From Promethearchaeota archaeon (GTDB lineage Archaea; Asgardarchaeota; Lokiarchaeia; Sigyniarchaeales; SOKP01), in the NCBI GenBank assembly GCA_048941285.1, contig JBHLNS010000073.1, positions 1 to 12,194 on the forward strand: 12,194 bases of DNA. Direction: 5' to 3'. Position numbers and translations under genes: made by a program. This document shows positions 7,466-12,194 of the stretch, piece after piece. The first letter of the stretch is position 1. The number at the start of each line of letters is the position of its first letter. The notes below the pieces were generated by a model. That model was not told where the DNA came from and did not search any database. It worked only from the letters and a program-made list of their open reading frames with translations.

Positions 7466-8512
7466 ATGGCAGAAGATCCCCTTATAAACAAGATTAAAGA
7501 GTTAGAATCAGAATTAGTTTTAAAGAATAAAGAAATAGGTGAATATCTCGATAAAATCGATTATCTTGAAAATATGATCATGGAGATAGAAACATCTATA
7601 TCTGAAAAATCTAATAAATCTGATGTTTCACTTTCAAATATACAATTTAAAGATTTAGAAAGAGAAAAACAAGAATTAAAGAAAAAAATGAGCTTTTTAC
7701 GCTTAGAAAATGTAAAACTTAAGCAAGAACTTGACAAGATTAAAAAAGGATATTTCAATTCTGCCTCATTACTTCATGCTGTAGATACTAAGTTAGCTAC
7801 AAAGAAATATGAAGCCGATGTTGAAGATGAATCAAGAATTTTAGAAGATTATGATTTAACGGATGAAATATTCAAGGATGTGCAAATTATATGCCCTAAA
7901 TGTGAAACAAGAAAGGATTTGAAAATACCCGTTAAAATTGTAAGTCAAACTCAAAATCTTACGACAATTGGTATACCTCAAGGAATGATTTGTGAACACA
8001 GCTTTCAAATTCTTATTGACAAATCTTTTACTATTAGGCGATATCGTATTGTCGACTATAAGTTTCATAAACTCGAATATTATAAAAATAGTAATGGAAA
8101 TAATTTACAGGAAGATGATGATCTTACTCATTTTACTTCTTTTCCATTTTACAAAGATATTATTAATATTTTTAGAGATAGTATCGACGACAGAGAAATT
8201 CTAGGGACAGCAATTTTTAGTGATACTGGAAAAGTTATATATGCTTCAGTTCCTTCAACATTATTATTTAATATAATCAAAGAATTCGAATTCAGAAGGA
8301 AAAAACAACTACAAGATATGACCAAAATGTATATTGAAGTAGAAAATCATCAAAAAATTTTCTTAGAATTTATTAAAATTCTAAATATGAAAATTGTTTT
8401 TGTTTTAATCTTTTCTAAAAGAGTAAATTTTGGGATGGGGACAATGATATTTAAAGATTTAAAAAAAAAAGTAAAAATTTTAACTGAAGATTATAAGGAT
8501 GGAGCAAGATAG
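7466..8512 (+). CDS. Coiled-coil + Zn-binding (CPxC...CEH) + C-terminal roadblock/LC7-like domain protein
   Basis: Residues 1-95 are coiled coil. C143-P-K-C146...C176-E-H178 forms a likely metal site. The C-terminal ILGTAIFSDTGKVIYAS...VFVLIFSKRVNFGM matches the roadblock pattern (h-G-hhh-xx-G-hh-xS ... hhhh-xxxx-N-h-G-h). Confidence 0.75.
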   Translation: MAEDPLINKIKELESELVLKNKEIGEYLDKIDYLENMIMEIETSISEKSNKSDVSLSNIQFKDLEREKQELKKKMSFLRLENVKLKQELDKIKKGYFNSASLLHAVDTKLATKKYEADVEDESRILEDYDLTDEIFKDVQIICPKCETRKDLKIPVKIVSQTQNLTTIGIPQGMICEHSFQILIDKSFTIRRYRIVDYKFHKLEYYKNSNGNNLQEDDDLTHFTSFPFYKDIINIFRDSIDDREILGTAIFSDTGKVIYASVPSTLLFNIIKEFEFRRKKQLQDMTKMYIEVENHQKIFLEFIKILNMKIVFVLIFSKRVNFGMGTMIFKDLKKKVKILTEDYKDGAR

Positions 8513-9363
8513 ACTACTCCTTCCAATAATCGCGAGATTGTATTATTGAATTCTTTATAATAATCACGTGCTTGTTGTAAGCTCTGTAAAAATGTGTTAG
8601 ATTTATCTAATCCTTTCTTAGAAATGACCTGATTAAGTGGAATTATTTTTATAACTGCAGGTAACAGTAATAAAGCCAATAACTCCAGAGAATAATAATT
8701 ATAATTTTCTAAATATGGTTTTATTGTTGTTATTATTCTCTCAATGGTTTTAATAGGTTCACTAGTTTTTAAAACCAAATATGTATCAAGATCACTATCC
8801 AAATTTAATTTAACATAATGATATTGTGAAATTGCTAGATTCTTTACAATCTTTTGATATAAATCAGCCATTTTTGAAATTGAAATGTTAGTTGCACCAA
8901 TTTTTAACAAACAGGATTTATATTGTCCATTTCCGTTGATAATAAATATTTCTGGAATACCTTCAATTTCAACTTTTCCAAAAAGATTGCTTAACTCAAG
9001 ATAATTAAGCAGCTTTTTTTCGAACATTTCCTGCAAATTTTTATTAGTTGGGTTATCTATAGCATCATATAAATTTCGTTGCAAAAAGAAATCCAAATTA
9101 TCAAACTCTTCATCTTCATCAAAAATTATACCTAATATCCCCTCTTTTTGGCTCCTACGTGCAAGATTGCCCGTAAAACATGAGACACTACGATACTTTT
9201 CAAATTTTATTTCTATATGAGATGAAGAGTCAAATCCTGCATGAGACATGTATAACTTTGAGATGAACTCTTTACTTAAATTTACCGGATTTTTGTAAAA
9301 AGCACATTTAATCTCTGGTCCTACTATCTCATCATGTATAAGTAAAAATATTCCTTCTGGCAT
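8491..9363 (-). CDS. Longin/uDENN-like domain protein (NPRL2/folliculin-like N-terminus), possibly with a second longin-like domain
   Basis: N-terminal GIFLLIHDEIVGPEI resembles the beta1-beta2 'hF...F/H...GP.h' signature of NPR2/FLCN/uDENN longins. A second EIFIINGNG strand-turn appears at about residue 138. Preceded by a strong SD. The CDS is well supported; the family call is moderate. Confidence 0.62.
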   Translation of the reverse strand: MPEGIFLLIHDEIVGPEIKCAFYKNPVNLSKEFISKLYMSHAGFDSSSHIEIKFEKYRSVSCFTGNLARRSQKEGILGIIFDEDEEFDNLDFFLQRNLYDAIDNPTNKNLQEMFEKKLLNYLELSNLFGKVEIEGIPEIFIINGNGQYKSCLLKIGATNISISKMADLYQKIVKNLAISQYHYVKLNLDSDLDTYLVLKTSEPIKTIERIITTIKPYLENYNYYSLELLALLLLPAVIKIIPLNQVISKKGLDKSNTFLQSLQQARDYYKEFNNTISRLLEGVVYLAPSL

Positions 9364-9372
9364 TTTTTATCT

Positions 9373-9379
9373 ACCTCCT
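9373..9379 (-). promoter_or_regulatory. Shine-Dalgarno AGGAGGT overlapping the GTPase stop codon
   Basis: The minus strand reads GAA-TAG-GAGGTAGATAAAAA-ATG, with 9 nt between the SD and ATG 9363. Confidence 0.8.
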
Positions 9380-10577
9380 ATTCATTCCATAATTCTCTAA
9401 TTTGTATTGTAACCGTCTTACCTACTTCTTCAATCTCTTGTAATCTATTTTGATCTAAAACAGAAGAGTTTAAAATAATAACAAGCATTAAATCTGGGGT
9501 AACATCAGTTAGTAATAAATAATTAGAGGTTGTTCTTAACCTAAATTCTTTAACGTTTTCTAATTTCATGTTTTTTGTAACTTTATCACACGTTACGATT
9601 AATAACGAAATCATTCCAATTACGATTTCTTCATTTGATCCATTTAAAGTTGAACCACACGCAAGCCCAGTCGTTTTTTCAATTAATAATGCATCTTTAA
9701 CACCATCTTGTTCTTTTAATATCTTTAATATCGAATTTATGAAAGTTGATTTAGGCGATATATCTCGAATAATTCCGCTCCATGCTGTAAATAATGACTC
9801 ATCAAATACAGAAGTTGCATAAAAATTTATTTTATACGATATACCCTTGGATAAATAATCCTTTAAATAAGGGATTAAAACCTCTCTATCGTGAACTAAA
9901 TCAATTTTATGAAGAAAAACATTTATTGTTGGAGATTTATTGAATAATAATATCTGATTTACGCTCCATTCAAACTCAAAACGAGCACTTTCAAGACGAT
10001 CTATATCGGAAGCATCAATAATATATAATAATACAGAAGCTCTTTGAAATATACTCTGTTTTAATGGTCCGTGATATTCATCAAGATATTGTTGTTGTCC
10101 ACCTAAATCCCATATCATTGGCTTTGAAAAATTACTGACTTCATACTTTTTATAATCTATTCCTTTTGTTGCAGTAGATTGCATTAATTCCCAAGGTTTT
10201 TTCCCTTCAAATACGCGTTCATAAATGCAAGTTTTCCCAGCATTAGAAAGCCCCATCAAAACTATTTTTTTTATATCTTCTGTTGGCTTTTTCTGAATTT
10301 CTCCAAGAATTTCAGATACTGTGCCTTCAATAAAAGTAATATCACCTGATGGAGATAAATCATTTAATTCTTCTTTTACGATCCAAGATAGCCTATTAGT
10401 TGGTATGCTTAAATTTTTAGTTTCGAAAAAAGCTTGTAGAGTGCCAATAATTTCTTCCTTAATTATTCCAGTTTTCTCAAAAATTAATTCACTTCTGTAC
10501 CAAATATTAATTCCTAAATGACTATTTTTAGAAGGTGTTATACCAAAATGATACAAAGTACCTGGTATTTTTTTCAA
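9378..10577 (-). CDS. Rag-family (Gtr1/RagA-like) small GTPase with C-terminal roadblock domain and ~100-aa N-terminal extension
   Basis: G1 GLSNAGKT (aa 109-116), G2 AT, G3 WDLGGQ, G4 HKID (His, as in Rag HKMD/HKVD) and G5 TSVFDESL followed by AWSGII...P. The roadblock tail begins VKDALLIEKTTGL. TTG start with an SD. Confidence 0.9.
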   Translation of the reverse strand: MKKIPGTLYHFGITPSKNSHLGINIWYRSELIFEKTGIIKEEIIGTLQAFFETKNLSIPTNRLSWIVKEELNDLSPSGDITFIEGTVSEILGEIQKKPTEDIKKIVLMGLSNAGKTCIYERVFEGKKPWELMQSTATKGIDYKKYEVSNFSKPMIWDLGGQQQYLDEYHGPLKQSIFQRASVLLYIIDASDIDRLESARFEFEWSVNQILLFNKSPTINVFLHKIDLVHDREVLIPYLKDYLSKGISYKINFYATSVFDESLFTAWSGIIRDISPKSTFINSILKILKEQDGVKDALLIEKTTGLACGSTLNGSNEEIVIGMISLLIVTCDKVTKNMKLENVKEFRLRTTSNYLLLTDVTPDLMLVIILNSSVLDQNRLQEIEEVGKTVTIQIRELWNE

Positions 10578-10583
10578 AATTAT

Positions 10584-10590
10584 TCACCTC
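10584..10590 (-). promoter_or_regulatory. Shine-Dalgarno GAGGTGA for the TTG start of the GTPase
   Basis: The minus strand reads GAGGTGA-ATAATT-TTG, an archaeal-type SD with a 6-nt spacer. Confidence 0.75.
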
Positions 10591-10637
10591 ATAGCGATGT
10601 TTTAAGATAATTTTAAAATATTTTCATTTTTTTTATT

Positions 10638-12194
10638 TTAATATTTTTCAACATTACTTAATTCTCCTTCATTTTCTAATTTTGATAAAAATTGGGAAAT
10701 TTTTTCACATTTTCCATATATTTGGGCAGCGTTTTCAGGTAAGCCATTATTTGATAATGCTTCTGCTTCTTTTTCCAAATCTGATAGATATAATTCAATA
10801 TCTTTGAGTTTAAATTTGTTTATTTGAAAATATTTTATTAATTCTGATTCGAACATGCCTATCGCATCAAGATCTCTCAATTTTTCTGATATTTCAATTA
10901 TATCATAATATAATTCAAATATTTTTACAGAATTACCATGAATTTTTTCTGTTTTCAAAATTTCTAACCGCCTTTCACGCTCTTCGATCAGACCTTCAAT
11001 TCCTGTTATTAAATCAGAAAATAATGCAGCATCTTCGTTTCTACCATGCTTGGATAGAACTTCTTTAGCATATTGAAATTGTCTGATTGCTTCTAAATAA
11101 GCACCCTCATTGAATAATTCTTCTCCTAAATTTTTAATATCATCAATATTAATGTCTAAATTTGTATTATTAAATGATGCTTCATTAAAGATTTGATTTT
11201 TTTCTTTTTGAATTACCATATTTTGAAGTCTAATTTCATCCGAAGATAATTCTGGGGATATTATTTTATTAACATGTCCTAAAATAAGTTTAAGAGGAAT
11301 TTTTTTTCGTGGTAGACTCACTTCCTTTTGTGATTTTTTCCTTAAAGTTACTATGGCAGTAACAGAACCAACCACACTTATCAGAATTACAATAACAATT
11401 ATCCACCATGGGAATTCTGTTGGGGGTACAACTGTACCTTTTATAGTAAAAATATCAGAAGCAGGGTTTCCCTGATTTCCAGCATTATCGATTGGATATA
11501 TAAAAAAGTAATAATTTCTTGGAATTAAGTAATCAACAAGTTCATAATAAGTATTTGAAATATTTGTTTCAAATATAAAACCTGGAGTCGCAAAAGGATT
11601 AGCTTCATTGTCAATAATTAATCGATAATATTTAATCCCAGATGTATCATTTACTTCTTCCCAATCAAATATAATAGGTAGTGAAACTTCCCCTGTTGGA
11701 TAAATTGACATTTGTGGCTCAATCGGATTAATAGTATCTTTGCAGAGATTTAATACAAGAGAATCATTTAAATGACCAACTGTGTCATCTGCAAAAATAA
11801 AAATCTGAAAAAATCCTTCATCTAAATTATCCCAGATAGAAGTATTTAACTTAAAGTCTTCACCATTAATTAGTGAAATATTATTACTTTGGATTCCACA
11901 CCATAATTTATTAAAGTTAATATCAGAAGCATAAATATTAATAGTAGGTGCTTTATTACAATATGGGTTATTATCTGGAGTATTAATTGTAATCTTTGGT
12001 GCACAAATATCTTTTAAAACTATTACTTCTGAGGATCCTTCTGTTCCTATACTATTATTTGCATAAAATGTTATGGTAATAAATCCCTCTCCGAAACTAT
12101 CCCAAATAGTTTGGTCAATTAACCCATTAATGGTAAAAGTTATATTCGTTAATCCTCCATCAAGAGAGTACCATGTAGTATTTACACCATTAAT
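10638..12194 (-). CDS. Single-pass cell-surface protein: Ig-like repeats + FN3-like domain, TM helix, cytoplasmic TPR-like helical domain; 5'-truncated by the window edge
   Basis: The frame stays open for 161 codons upstream of the tracked Met 11711 (INGVNTTWYSLDGGLTN...IDQTIWDSFGEG...FYANNSIG...IWDNLDEG...FADDTVG...). It continues through FDWEEVND.SGIKYY...YYFFIYPIDNAGN, the TM segment FPWWIIVIVILISVVGSVTAIVTL-RKK, and TPR-like GEELFNEGAYLEAIRQFQYA and AEALSNNGLPENAAQIYGKC. Confidence 0.85.
   Translation of the reverse strand: MNGVNTTWYSLDGGLTNITFTINGLIDQTIWDSFGEGFITITFYANNSIGTEGSSEVIVLKDICAPKITINTPDNNPYCNKAPTINIYASDINFNKLWCGIQSNNISLINGEDFKLNTSIWDNLDEGFFQIFIFADDTVGHLNDSLVLNLCKDTINPIEPQMSIYPTGEVSLPIIFDWEEVNDTSGIKYYRLIIDNEANPFATPGFIFETNISNTYYELVDYLIPRNYYFFIYPIDNAGNQGNPASDIFTIKGTVVPPTEFPWWIIVIVILISVVGSVTAIVTLRKKSQKEVSLPRKKIPLKLILGHVNKIISPELSSDEIRLQNMVIQKEKNQIFNEASFNNTNLDINIDDIKNLGEELFNEGAYLEAIRQFQYAKEVLSKHGRNEDAALFSDLITGIEGLIEERERRLEILKTEKIHGNSVKIFELYYDIIEISEKLRDLDAIGMFESELIKYFQINKFKLKDIELYLSDLEKEAEALSNNGLPENAAQIYGKCEKISQFLSKLENEGELSNVEKY

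Noticed and set aside
7561-8204. ORFs 7561-7758(-), 7856-8068(-) and 7992-8204(+)
   Set aside because: Shadow or alternative frames within the 348-aa gene, with no motifs.
9568-10521. ORFs 9568-9822(+) and 10321-10521(+)
   Set aside because: Antisense shadows of the Rag GTPase gene.
11709-11711. Tracked ATG start of the 357-aa ORF
   Set aside because: The frame is open to the window edge and encodes further Ig-like repeats. No signal peptide follows this Met.
1-12194. CRISPR array, tRNA/rRNA, IS element, prophage or defence system
   Set aside because: No regularly spaced DNA repeats, GC-rich structured RNA segments, transposase or integrase motifs, or terminal inverted repeats were seen by eye. 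A covariance-model search was not run.

Overview
AT-rich, gene-dense window, inferred to come from an Asgard archaeon (Lokiarchaeia-like). The inference rests on archaeal SD motifs (GAGGTGA, AGGAGGT), a Rag-family GTPase, roadblock and longin domains, a Loki-CTERM-like anchor and shared Ig-like surface repeats. The left half holds the 3' part of an SPL-like radical SAM gene, a DUF4184-like membrane protein, an EamA/DMT transporter, an orphan family-5 solute-binding protein fused to Ig-like repeats, a minimal J-domain protein ending in a possible proteasome-docking HbYX motif (MYI), a 4Fe-4S protein, an uncalled 41-aa Cys4 zinc-finger microprotein and a small coiled-coil protein. The right half (7466-12194) is the most interesting part. 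A RagA/Gtr1-like GTPase with a roadblock tail appears translationally coupled to a longin/uDENN-like protein that carries a folliculin/NPRL2-like candidate arginine finger. This pair converges on a coiled-coil/Zn/roadblock gene and lies downstream of a single-pass receptor-like surface protein. Together they form a candidate prokaryotic proto-Rag/GAP/Ragulator-like signalling module. All family calls come from motif recognition by eye; no database search was run. No RNA genes, CRISPR arrays or mobile elements were seen.
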